64,000 bases of DNA from Thermoproteota archaeon (GTDB taxonomy: Archaea > Korarchaeota > Korarchaeia > Korarchaeales > Korarchaeaceae): contig JAOZFG010000004.1 of the NCBI GenBank assembly GCA_027491435.1, forward strand, positions 1 through 64,000, written 5' to 3'. A model generated the notes under the pieces. It made no database searches. It had not been told where the DNA came from and saw only the letters and a list, made by a program, of their open reading frames with translations. How positions within the stretch are numbered: the stretch's first letter is position 1; the number at the start of each line of letters is the position of its first letter. The position numbers and the translations under genes are program-made. This document shows, one piece after another, positions 10,073 through 18,263 of this stretch.

Positions 10073-10759
10073 CTAATCCCAGTCCGAAAGGTAGACAGCT
10101 ACAATATCGCCGTCCCTTACCCCTAGTTTTACTCTAAGGCTTTCCCTGTGTATGATCTCCAGAACCTCGTCCCCATAATGTCTCCTCTCAGGGAATATGG
10201 CGTAAGCTCTTATAGCTCCGTTTAACCTGACTGGCAAAACCTCCACGTTACCGAAGGTCCTTCCTCCTTCTACGAACCCGTGTATTATCTTAGGCCTGAC
10301 CCTAACTCTCCACTCCCTTACGAGGGCGTAGTCCTTTGCCTCCTTTATCCTCAAGTTCAGGGTACCCGGGTAGGGCACGTAACCTATGACCTTTTTGAAC
10401 TCTATCGTGTAACCAGGCCGACTCATGTAGTAGGCCCCCTCACCCATGCCAGAGAACACCTCTCCTAAGACTACCTCCTCAGTCCACCTCCTGGACTCTA
10501 TGCTCTCATATACCGACTGAATCAACTGTATGGCCTTCTGGGTCACTATCACGTACTGTACCTTCTTGGATATGGTGGACTTGAGGAAACCCAACTCCTC
10601 AGCTCTAGCTATCCACCTGGACACAGTTGCTCTGGATACGTTGAGGTACTCGCTGATCTCAACGGCCTTCACGGGCTCCTTAGATCCACCCAAAAGTATG
10701 GTAGCGACTATTAAGTGGGTGACATAGGGGTCGAGATTCTCTAACTTACCCACCGCCAT
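10073..10759 (-). CDS. ribK: CTP-dependent riboflavin kinase with N-terminal wHTH (RbkR-type)
   Basis: N-terminal HTH (ISEYLNVSRATVSRWI); G.V.SGMGEG.YY, PYPGTLN, LR..LG..DGD. Confidence 0.92.
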   Translation of the reverse strand: MAVGKLENLDPYVTHLIVATILLGGSKEPVKAVEISEYLNVSRATVSRWIARAEELGFLKSTISKKVQYVIVTQKAIQLIQSVYESIESRRWTEEVVLGEVFSGMGEGAYYMSRPGYTIEFKKVIGYVPYPGTLNLRIKEAKDYALVREWRVRVRPKIIHGFVEGGRTFGNVEVLPVRLNGAIRAYAIFPERRHYGDEVLEIIHRESLRVKLGVRDGDIVAVYLSDWD

Positions 10760-11381
10760 CCTTATCCCCTTCAACGCGAGAGCAAGCCAACATGAAGTGG
10801 TACTCAGAGAGGGTCCTATCCAACACTACCCTAATGGCGTCAACCTTCCTCCTCAAGGGCACGAGGGAATCGGGCACGGTGACTCCCTCAAGAAGGTCAT
10901 ATATACCTTCCATGATCCTGATTATCCTATCAAGTTCTTCTTTAGGTACCCCCTTTTTGGATAAATGCAAGAAGGATCTTCTCAGCTCACCCACGACGTC
11001 TGCGAGGGACAGCAGGTAGTCTTTTATGCTCACCCCCAGCCGCTCAGGTTCAGGTAAATTGGAGTCCTTTAAAATTTTAACGTATATCAGGGCTTCCAAA
11101 CATTCCTGTAGGGGGCCTGACATAGCCTGGTACATTGGACACCAGAACACGTCGCTGACATCCCCCTTAATTCCGGATAGCCAGTCGAGTAAATACCTCA
11201 GCGATTCCTCAGCTTTGGCCTCCAATTCATCTAAATTCTCCATTTCCCTAGCTTTATTAATAATCTTCTTACATTCTAAAGTCAGTTTTCTTGATAGGTT
11301 TTCAGCCTCAAACCTCTTTTCGATGACCTCCTCGATGGATCTCAACCCTTCGCTTAAGTCAGGCACTCCTCTAGGGGACAT
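10746..11381 (-). CDS. Translin/Trax-family protein
   Basis: QE..EA, YL..LAD..GELRR, LRRK.D..R motifs. Confidence 0.85.
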   Translation of the reverse strand: MSPRGVPDLSEGLRSIEEVIEKRFEAENLSRKLTLECKKIINKAREMENLDELEAKAEESLRYLLDWLSGIKGDVSDVFWCPMYQAMSGPLQECLEALIYVKILKDSNLPEPERLGVSIKDYLLSLADVVGELRRSFLHLSKKGVPKEELDRIIRIMEGIYDLLEGVTVPDSLVPLRRKVDAIRVVLDRTLSEYHFMLACSRVEGDKDGGG

Positions 11382-11410
11382 TTTTATCCCCTTCCCACTT
11401 TACTATTCGG

Positions 11411-12403
11411 ATGACCATGCTAGCACAAAAAGTTACGGTCCCCCGACACGTTAAGGAGCTCATGGAGAAGCAGGGTTACAAGTTCATACTGAATCACTCG
11501 GCACTAAAGCCATGTTACTGGTTCAGGAAAGCGCTTATGGAGGGCAAGACCTGTTACAAGCACAAGTTCTACGGAATACCCACCTGGAGATGCATCCAGA
11601 TGACGCCTACAGCGTCCTTCTGTAACCTACAATGCCTGTACTGCTGGAGGCTTAACGTTAGTGACGTCTCTCCCAAAGACAGGTGGCAGGAAGTTCCTGA
11701 AGGGAGGGTGTGGGACGACCCTGAAGAGATAGCTGAGGAGAGCATCAGGATACATAGAATGCTAGTCCAGGGATACAAGGGCGTCAAAGTCTTCAGGAGG
11801 GAGTGGGTGTACGAGGCTGAAAACCCGAAACATGCCGCCATATCCTTGACAGGAGAGCCTACGCTTTATCCCTATATAGGGGGTTTAGTGGAAGCCTACT
11901 CTAGGAGGGGGATGACCACCTTCATAGTCACTAACGGGACTCTCCCAGAGAGGTTGGAGAAAATAGAGAAGGAGCCTAGCCAACTTTACGTCACGGTTCC
12001 AGCGCCCAATGAGAAGTTGTATAACATGATAACTAGGCCCCTCTGGCCGGACGCCTGGGAGAGGCTTAACAAGACTTTGTCCCTCCTTCAGTCCTTCAGC
12101 TCGCCGACGGTCATGAGGATTCCTATGATAAAAGGATTTAATATGGATGAATCTAGTCTTAAAGAATTTGCTAAAATAATCCAGAAATATCAACCAACTT
12201 ACGTAGAGCCCAAGGCTTACATGTGGGTCGGGTACTCTAGGAGGAGGTTGACTAGAGAGAACATGCCCACCCACGATGAGGTTAAGGAATTTGCCCTAAA
12301 GTTAGCTGAGCTGACGGGTTATAACGTCCTAGACGAGGCGCCAGAGAGCAGAATAGTGCTCCTTTCCAGGCTTGATAAGGCTATAAGGTTCAGATACGAC
12401 TAG
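11411..12403 (+). CDS. taw1: 4-demethylwyosine synthase Tyw1/Taw1 (radical SAM)
   Basis: HS..K.C.W, CYK.KFYGI, CNLQCLYCWR, H.AISL.GEP, KAYM.VGYSR. Confidence 0.96.
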   Translation: MTMLAQKVTVPRHVKELMEKQGYKFILNHSALKPCYWFRKALMEGKTCYKHKFYGIPTWRCIQMTPTASFCNLQCLYCWRLNVSDVSPKDRWQEVPEGRVWDDPEEIAEESIRIHRMLVQGYKGVKVFRREWVYEAENPKHAAISLTGEPTLYPYIGGLVEAYSRRGMTTFIVTNGTLPERLEKIEKEPSQLYVTVPAPNEKLYNMITRPLWPDAWERLNKTLSLLQSFSSPTVMRIPMIKGFNMDESSLKEFAKIIQKYQPTYVEPKAYMWVGYSRRRLTRENMPTHDEVKEFALKLAELTGYNVLDEAPESRIVLLSRLDKAIRFRYD

Positions 12404-12411
12404 GTGAGATC

Positions 12412-13095
12412 ATGGGAGCAGTCATACTATTGGGAGGATACGTATTTGACAGGGTAGCTGAGGGAGATCTTCACCTGCTTGAGCAGCTAAGGAGCTCCCT
12501 AACTAGATCTAACGAGAAGATAGCCATAGTAGCCGGCGGAGGAAAGGTCGCTAGGAAGTACATAAGCATTGTTGACAGGCTAGGCGGGAACAATTACCTC
12601 AAGGATGAGGTGGGCATACTCGCCACTAGGATTAACGCCCAGCTTGTGGTGGCCGCCTTGGGGGAGATCGCCTTTCCCAAGGTAGTGAAGTCTTATGATG
12701 AAGCTATGGAAGCCTTCTCCCTGGGACTAATTCCGGTGAGCGGGGGGATGACCCCGGCTCAGTCGACCGACGCTGTAGCTTCCATAATGGCTGAGAGGTT
12801 GGGCCTAGACCTTTTGGTGAAGGTCACAGCAACAGACGGCATATACGAAAAAGACCCTATTAAATACCAAGGCTCCGTTAGATACAATAGGCTGACGTAC
12901 GATCAGTTTGAGGAGATACTGATGAAGCAGAGGTATGAACCTGGGAGATATGAGCTGTTCGACCTGCTGGCCCTAAAGGTAATAAGGAGGTCCAAGATTA
13001 GGTTGATAATAACTAAAGGGGACAAGCTGGATAGGCTGTATGAATTGCTGAGCGGTGACCCTAAGGGTTTAGGCAGCCTGGTGGAAGGTGGTTGA
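12412..13095 (+). CDS. pyrH: UMP kinase
   Basis: GGG..AR.YI, D.VGI.ATR.NA, GG..P.QSTD, DG.Y..DP. Confidence 0.93.
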   Translation: MGAVILLGGYVFDRVAEGDLHLLEQLRSSLTRSNEKIAIVAGGGKVARKYISIVDRLGGNNYLKDEVGILATRINAQLVVAALGEIAFPKVVKSYDEAMEAFSLGLIPVSGGMTPAQSTDAVASIMAERLGLDLLVKVTATDGIYEKDPIKYQGSVRYNRLTYDQFEEILMKQRYEPGRYELFDLLALKVIRRSKIRLIITKGDKLDRLYELLSGDPKGLGSLVEGG

Positions 13096-13483
13096 CATGT
13101 TAAGAACTGCCGAATCTTGGAGGAGGAGAAGGAAGGCCTACTCCCGGAGGAGAAAGGGTGTCCCAGTAGTGGTTAAGAGGATGTTGATCGAAGCAGTGTA
13201 TGGAGCTTTGTTAGCGGTCTTTACGTTTCCAATATCGCTTTTCATAGCCGAGATGGGGGTCTGGGTATCAATCCTATGGATGCAACCGGAGAGCATGATT
13301 CTAACAAACTTCTACGTGGTGCTCACGGCCATACAAGCCATGTTTTTGCTGATACCCGCATACCATAAACAGCCCATCAGATTACTGGTGGCCGCGTTCA
13401 CCGCCTACATGCTGTGGCTGATGCTGGTGGGAGTAGCGGGGTTCCATCCCATACTCACGGTGTTCGGAGAGCTACCGTATTGA
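13088..13483 (+). CDS. Hypothetical membrane protein (about 3 TM, polybasic N-terminus)
   Basis: Overlaps the pyrH stop; hydrophobic segments; RRRRKAYSRRRK. Confidence 0.65.
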   Translation: MVDMLRTAESWRRRRKAYSRRRKGVPVVVKRMLIEAVYGALLAVFTFPISLFIAEMGVWVSILWMQPESMILTNFYVVLTAIQAMFLLIPAYHKQPIRLLVAAFTAYMLWLMLVGVAGFHPILTVFGELPY

Positions 13484-13492
13484 GAAGGAGGA

Positions 13493-13570
13493 TGGTGCTC
13501 CGGCCGGGATTTGAACCCGGGTCTGGGGCTCGAGAGGCCCCTATGCTTGGCCGGGCTACACCACCGGAGC
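13493..13570 (-). tRNA. tRNA-Glu(CTC)
   Basis: GCTCCGG...CCGGAGC-A-CCA; loop CT-CTC-GA; CCA encoded. Confidence 0.97.
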
Positions 13571-13619
13571 CCAAGATGGTATGCTGACTGTGATATATAA
13601 ATTTTGTTGAGGGTGAGCG

Positions 13620-14171
13620 ATGGGCCTAGAGGGAACCATTCTATTAGTGGGAGCGCCCGCTTCAGGCAAGACGACCTTATGTATGGAGCTGTCCCGTAAA
13701 CTGGGCTGCAAGTGCGTTTCCGTTAGTGAACTGGCTAGAAGAGAGGGTCTAATCTTAGAATACGATGATATGAGGGACACTTGGGTTCTGGATGTGGAGC
13801 GCGTCCGTGATAGGATAAAGGAGCTCTTATCTGAGGATAGGTGTCTCGTAGTGGAAACTATAGACCCTTCGGCAGTCCCCGGCCCTCACGTTGTGGGGAT
13901 AGCCGTCAGGTGTCCGCCTAGAAAGTTAAAGAGGAGGCTGGAGTCCAGGGGTTATAAAGACGTGAAGGTCTGGGAAAACCTGGAATACGAGGCTGTGGAC
14001 GGCCCCCTATACGATTTGCTCAGAGTGATGGATCTGGACAAGGTAATTGAGGTTAACGGATGTTCCGAGGACTTACGAGGGGAAATAGAGTACGTGCTAA
14101 ATAAGATGAGGTATGAGGGAGAGTTCGAGAAGAGGTTCAATTGGACCGACGAGTTCATGGGGATGCTCTAA
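13620..14171 (+). CDS. Adenylate kinase, AK6/Fap7 family
   Basis: GAPASGKTT, YD..RD..V.D, RL..RGY...KV.EN.E.E. Confidence 0.88.
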   Translation: MGLEGTILLVGAPASGKTTLCMELSRKLGCKCVSVSELARREGLILEYDDMRDTWVLDVERVRDRIKELLSEDRCLVVETIDPSAVPGPHVVGIAVRCPPRKLKRRLESRGYKDVKVWENLEYEAVDGPLYDLLRVMDLDKVIEVNGCSEDLRGEIEYVLNKMRYEGEFEKRFNWTDEFMGML

Positions 14172-15829
14172 CAGCTGAACAGATAGGAGGCGTTCCTCGC
14201 GTAACGGTCTAGGGACTCTGGCTCTAACACCGATTCATCAACGGGCACTATCCTAGCTTTATCCACCCTACCAGTTGATGATATCAAGACCTCCCCCTCT
14301 CTGAGCTTACTTATCTCCTCCAGCAGATCTTTAGACTCAATCAGGAACTTCAATTCCCTCAAGTCCTTTGAGGAGGACATCCTGTGTAAGACTTTAATGC
14401 CTGTGTTTCTCAGGACTCCAGGCGATACTTCGCTAGGCGCCTGCGTCACGACAATCGTTGCCAACCCGAATTTCCTCATCTCCGATAATATTCTATCTGT
14501 AGCGGTCAGTCCAGTGGAGTCCCTATAGCTGGGGAGTACTTTTTCGCTTTCCTCAAACACAACGACTAACCTGGGGTATTTAGAGTGACCCTTACTGAGG
14601 TAAGCGTCCCTCAACCTTTTCAACAGGAAATGGACGAACAGCTGCCTTATCTTGTCGCTCTTAAGGTGACCGAGCTCTATGACCGTTGGAACCATCAACT
14701 CCTCGACGCAGACGTTATCACATGCCAGGTACTTGAAGTCGTCGCTCATCACCACCGGCGTAAGCTTTCTGAGCAGGGAGGCCTTACTTTCCCTCTCCGG
14801 TTGTGACTCCTCCTTATAAGATTCTATCTGTTTAACCAGATCCCTCAAGTTAACTGAACGCCGCTCCCGTAAATTCATCAGGGATTTGGACAGTATGTAA
14901 AATTGAGAGGGAGTTAGCTCTAGAACGTCTGAGAGCATCTCCGACATCAAGTAAACGTCCCCCATCTCCATATCCCCGAGCCTAGACAAGGGGTTAACGC
15001 ACGGGAGGTCGCCCTCTCCCAAGATAACTCCGCCGAGGGAGGCTATAAATCCCCTATACTCCCAATGGAAGTCTAGAACGATGAACGGTATACCCCATAA
15101 CCACAACTCCCAAAGAATTCTTTTAACAGTAGTGGTTTTACCGGAGCCTGTCTGCCCCATTATGGCCGTGTGCTTCGTCATCTCCGCTAAGTCAATCCTC
15201 ACTGGTCTACCTGATGGAGAGACGCCAAGGGTTAGGAAGGGAGGATCTACCTTGCTAACTGGGGATAACTTGACTTCCTTAAAGGAGACTCCAGTTTTAG
15301 GAATCGAATACAGGGATCTCATTATGGAGGTCACTACATCTCTATTGAGCTCCAACTCCTCGAACTTCACACCTGACACGCTAGATATTGCAGACAATCC
15401 AGCCCTGAGAAGGTCGACCCCCCCTTCCCTATAAGGAGCCCATATGAACCCGGCATATGCGCTATCGTCGGAGGAAAGCGCTGTTCTCGGAAGGCTAACC
15501 GCTAATAAGGAGATTCCAACTCCCATGTTCCTGGCCACCTCCTCTATCAAGTCAAATGGGAGGCTTTCCTTGCTCGCCTCCTTTAGGGTGAAGGGGAGCA
15601 CGAGAATCTCCCTGCCCAACCCAAGCTTAACAAGATGTGCTGGTCCCTCTCGGTGACCTTTACCCGGCCTCCTGCGTGAAATTTTCAAGATCAGAGGCAA
15701 CGATAGAGACGCTAGTACAATCGGGTAATTACGATAAACAAATTCTAGAAGGCTTCCCCATCTCTTATAAATTAGAATGCCAGTTAGCAGGAGGAGAAGG
15801 GCTAAAACGAGGTAATCATCCCTCTTCAA
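14168..15829 (-). CDS. Membrane-anchored HerA/FtsK-superfamily ATPase (DUF87, CedB/VirB4-like)
   Basis: Two N-terminal hydrophobic segments; H.AI.GQTGSGKT (Walker A), LDFH.EY, VVVFEE (Walker B), E.RKFG....VTQ.P. Confidence 0.85.
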   Translation of the reverse strand: MKRDDYLVLALLLLLTGILIYKRWGSLLEFVYRNYPIVLASLSLPLILKISRRRPGKGHREGPAHLVKLGLGREILVLPFTLKEASKESLPFDLIEEVARNMGVGISLLAVSLPRTALSSDDSAYAGFIWAPYREGGVDLLRAGLSAISSVSGVKFEELELNRDVVTSIMRSLYSIPKTGVSFKEVKLSPVSKVDPPFLTLGVSPSGRPVRIDLAEMTKHTAIMGQTGSGKTTTVKRILWELWLWGIPFIVLDFHWEYRGFIASLGGVILGEGDLPCVNPLSRLGDMEMGDVYLMSEMLSDVLELTPSQFYILSKSLMNLRERRSVNLRDLVKQIESYKEESQPERESKASLLRKLTPVVMSDDFKYLACDNVCVEELMVPTVIELGHLKSDKIRQLFVHFLLKRLRDAYLSKGHSKYPRLVVVFEESEKVLPSYRDSTGLTATDRILSEMRKFGLATIVVTQAPSEVSPGVLRNTGIKVLHRMSSSKDLRELKFLIESKDLLEEISKLREGEVLISSTGRVDKARIVPVDESVLEPESLDRYARNASYLFSC

Positions 15830-15962
15830 GGCAAATCCTCCTCATTGAAAGAACTTCTTCCTTTAACATGTCAACTTCCTTGGACAGCTCATCTAGTTTG
15901 AAGAAAATGTAAGTTATCTGATTGGCTAAGACCTCCACCTCGAACTTAACGTCCTTCCTCAC
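15816..15962 (-). CDS. 48-aa coiled-coil microprotein (not in ORF track)
   Basis: GTG start after GAGGTGA; MRKDVKFEVEVLANQITYIFFKLDELSKEVDMLKEEVLSMRRICLEEG; fills the gap between the flanking genes and overlaps the next start. Confidence 0.7.
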   Translation of the reverse strand: MRKDVKFEVEVLANQITYIFFKLDELSKEVDMLKEEVLSMRRICLEEG

Positions 15963-15966
15963 GGTG

Positions 15967-16626
15967 TCACCTCAGTAGGCCAACTATTTTGGCTAGAGAG
16001 GCTCGGCTTACCCCTATTGAATCGGATACAATTTTCTGGGTCACTAGCCTAAGCCCCAGGGACTGGGCGGCTAAGTAGACTAGAGCTCCTGATACTATGA
16101 CGGGACTCCTTCCCATAAGCTCTTTAATCCTCCCCGACTTAATCCTTAAGAGCTTCCTGGACTTCACCCTAATTCTATCTAGAATAAGGTGGCTGGGCAT
16201 CTTCAGATCAGATATTGCCTTGAGGAACTCATCAGATCTACCTAACTTCCAAATGACGTAATTCAGGTAACCCTCCCAGGGTATCGGGGCCCTTATCCCC
16301 AACACAGATTTTATCTCACCTATAGCAGCCACTATCCCTCCAGGCGAGACTTTCCCACTTAAAGCGCTGGAAACATCAGAAATAGAGACTGGAATTCCTA
16401 GATCTCTGCTGACCATAACGACGCTGGCGGCAGCTATGGAAAGACTGCTCTCTCTACCGCTTTTAGACTTATAAGCTAGGATGAGCTCCCTAGCCGAGAT
16501 AAACACGCTTTCAGGTAAATTTAACCTGTCCACTAAGGTCTCCACTGTGCTTTCCCCCTTAAATTTGGGTCTCCTGAGCGGCCAATGGTACTCCTTCATT
16601 TCATAAGTTACCGCTAACTCCGACAT
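15967..16626 (-). CDS. TFB-like cyclin-fold protein (two core repeats, no Zn ribbon)
   Basis: Repeat 1 LNLPE.V...A...GRE..S.AAA.V...R..GIP; repeat 2 GRSP....GALVYLAA...G..TQK.V...GVS; no Cys residues. Confidence 0.8.
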   Translation of the reverse strand: MSELAVTYEMKEYHWPLRRPKFKGESTVETLVDRLNLPESVFISARELILAYKSKSGRESSLSIAAASVVMVSRDLGIPVSISDVSSALSGKVSPGGIVAAIGEIKSVLGIRAPIPWEGYLNYVIWKLGRSDEFLKAISDLKMPSHLILDRIRVKSRKLLRIKSGRIKELMGRSPVIVSGALVYLAAQSLGLRLVTQKIVSDSIGVSRASLAKIVGLLR

Positions 16627-16696
16627 TTTCCCCGAATTAGCGCGCTATATGAATAAAAATAGTATTTCTTACACGCCAGTTAAATAAAACTAATAA

Positions 16697-17029
16697 TTAA
16701 CTAATTCTCCTAACTACTACGTAAACTTCGTCTCCATCGGAGAACTCATCGCAGCCCTCTACAGTCATCCTCAACCACAATCCGTGCATAGAAACCTCTA
16801 AACGACCTTCATCGCACCTGTAGACCACCCCTTTCATCACTATATCTCCATCACCTTCCTCTTCAGACACCACGACCTCAAAGCTACGCCACCCAGACAG
16901 GTCTACCAGACCTCTGGGCAACTCTAGGGACATTTCCCTACCGTCGGCCTCGGCGCTTAACACGTCCACGTTAAACAAAGGGTCTTCTTTAACGGCCTTA
17001 ACGTCCCAAATCTCCTTCAAAACTTTCAC
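16697..17029 (-). CDS. rpoG: DNA-directed RNA polymerase subunit Rpo8 (RpoG, RPB8 homolog)
   Basis: 110 aa beta-rich; IVM.G.VYR and S.HGL.LR match the RPB8 YVM.G.VY / SFGGLL motifs. Confidence 0.75.
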   Translation of the reverse strand: MKVLKEIWDVKAVKEDPLFNVDVLSAEADGREMSLELPRGLVDLSGWRSFEVVVSEEEGDGDIVMKGVVYRCDEGRLEVSMHGLWLRMTVEGCDEFSDGDEVYVVVRRIS

Positions 17030-17080
17030 CTCCCTCCTGAAAAAGAAGCCCGCAATATAAAGCGTTTGTCCTTACTGACG

Positions 17081-17350
17081 ATGCTTGAAGAGGTTCTGCT
17101 GTTTAACGCCAAGTTCAAGTCGCTGGTCAGAGAGTTGTTGGAGGATCCATCCATAGATAAGTTTTGGGATCTGCTCTATGAAGTTGACGCCTTCGCTGAG
17201 AAGATGGCCCATGGCGACTTGAGGGCTTTTATGGAAGAGGCCAAAGTTAAGGGAAGCAGGAGGGACATCTTGTTGTCCACATATACGTTGTCCTCTCTCA
17301 TAGCAGAAAGGGTTAAGGAAGATATAGAAAGGGAGATCAGCCGCCTTTAG
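17081..17350 (+). CDS. Hypothetical protein (helical)
   Basis: ORF after a TATA-like ATATAAA, divergent from rpoG; no recognisable motif. Confidence 0.6.
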   Translation: MLEEVLLFNAKFKSLVRELLEDPSIDKFWDLLYEVDAFAEKMAHGDLRAFMEEAKVKGSRRDILLSTYTLSSLIAERVKEDIEREISRL

Positions 17351-17621
17351 TGGCTACGTAAACCTTTAGGTATTTTTCGTCCACAACTATCATCTCTCTT
17401 ATGTACTTTACTGAGGAATACGGTAGGAAGACATTACCCTTCCTGTCCTTTCTAAGTTTCTGGAGTAATGAGTCCGCTGCCCCCCTACTGCTCCTGATGA
17501 CCAAAGAAAGCACCTTCCCAGTGATCTCATCAACGACCAGATCGACGACCTCTCCTAGCATCAAACCCTTATCAGTTATTACGGGCTTTCTAGCCAATCT
17601 AGCCACTGAGTACCTAGCCAT
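17337..17621 (-). CDS. PRC-barrel domain protein (CdpB-like)
   Basis: L..K.V.T..G..LG.V.DLV.D..TG.V..L and .P...V..I...IVV PRC-barrel pattern. Confidence 0.85.
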   Translation of the reverse strand: MARYSVARLARKPVITDKGLMLGEVVDLVVDEITGKVLSLVIRSSRGAADSLLQKLRKDRKGNVFLPYSSVKYIREMIVVDEKYLKVYVATKGG

Positions 17622-17641
17622 CGTTGACACCCTCAATTTAG

Positions 17642-17717
17642 TGGTGGGCCGGGGGGGACTCGAACCCCCGACCTCCGCCTCGTCAAGGCGGCGTCATAGC
17701 CGCTAGACCACCGGCCC
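17642..17717 (-). tRNA. tRNA-Val(GAC)
   Basis: Body identical to the Val(CAC) gene; loop TT-GAC-GA; CCA encoded. Confidence 0.97.
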
Positions 17718-17802
17718 AGTTCATGGGACTTGTCGAGGTAATAAATGTTAGCACCCATAATATATAAAGGGTACGTCGAACATAGCTAACGAGTGACACG
17801 CT

Positions 17803-17865
17803 AAGGGGGATCAGAACTCAAGATCGTCCTCATCTTTCAGCGGGCCCTTGACATCATCCCCCCTT
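17803..17865 (-). ncRNA. Box C/D 2'-O-methylation guide sRNA (predicted target tRNA-Leu(CAA) C34)
   Basis: Minus strand AAGGGGGG-ATGATGT(C)-CAAGGGCCCG-CTGA(D')-AAG-ATGAGGA(C')-CGATCTTGAGTT-CTGA(D)-TCCCCCTT with terminal stem; D guide is complementary to the anticodon arm of the tRNA-Leu(CAA) gene at 41208-41217. Confidence 0.85.
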
Positions 17866-17912
17866 GTTAAAGTTCCCCAAAAGGATAAATAGGTTAGCTA
17901 GGTGATGCTCCG

Positions 17913-18263
17913 ATGAATTCGTTGGAAGAATTCATAGCCTCCGTGGTACTAAGGCTCAGGAGAGGAGATCCCCCTCAGGACCTCCTGCAAGAGGTTAAAG
18001 GAGTTAACGTAGAGAGCCAACTTTATGAAGAGATCTTAGAGTCGGTGGCAAAACAACTAGCCAACAGCCTAGACGAGAGGAGTCTTTTTGGCAGGTTAGT
18101 CAAGCTAGACGAGGAAGGGCTTAGGAGGATAAAGGACTCCTCAGATGAGTTTTTGGAATTTGAACCGTTTAAGGGAGTTAAAAGGGTTGAAGTGTTGGAA
18201 TTCTGGTCAAAAGTTCTGAACATAGTCTTAGCCGGGCTTAGAGAGGAGGAATCAAGTGAATGA
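17913..18263 (+). CDS. Hypothetical protein
   Basis: ATG after an AGGTGA RBS; no recognisable motif. Confidence 0.6.
   Translation: MNSLEEFIASVVLRLRRGDPPQDLLQEVKGVNVESQLYEEILESVAKQLANSLDERSLFGRLVKLDEEGLRRIKDSSDEFLEFEPFKGVKRVEVLEFWSKVLNIVLAGLREEESSE

Noticed and set aside
10000-17717. Two near-identical tRNA-Val genes in inverted orientation flanking 7.6 kb (invertible segment or att sites?)
   Set aside because: Both are complete isoacceptors differing only in the anticodon loop; no recombinase, and the enclosed genes include core functions
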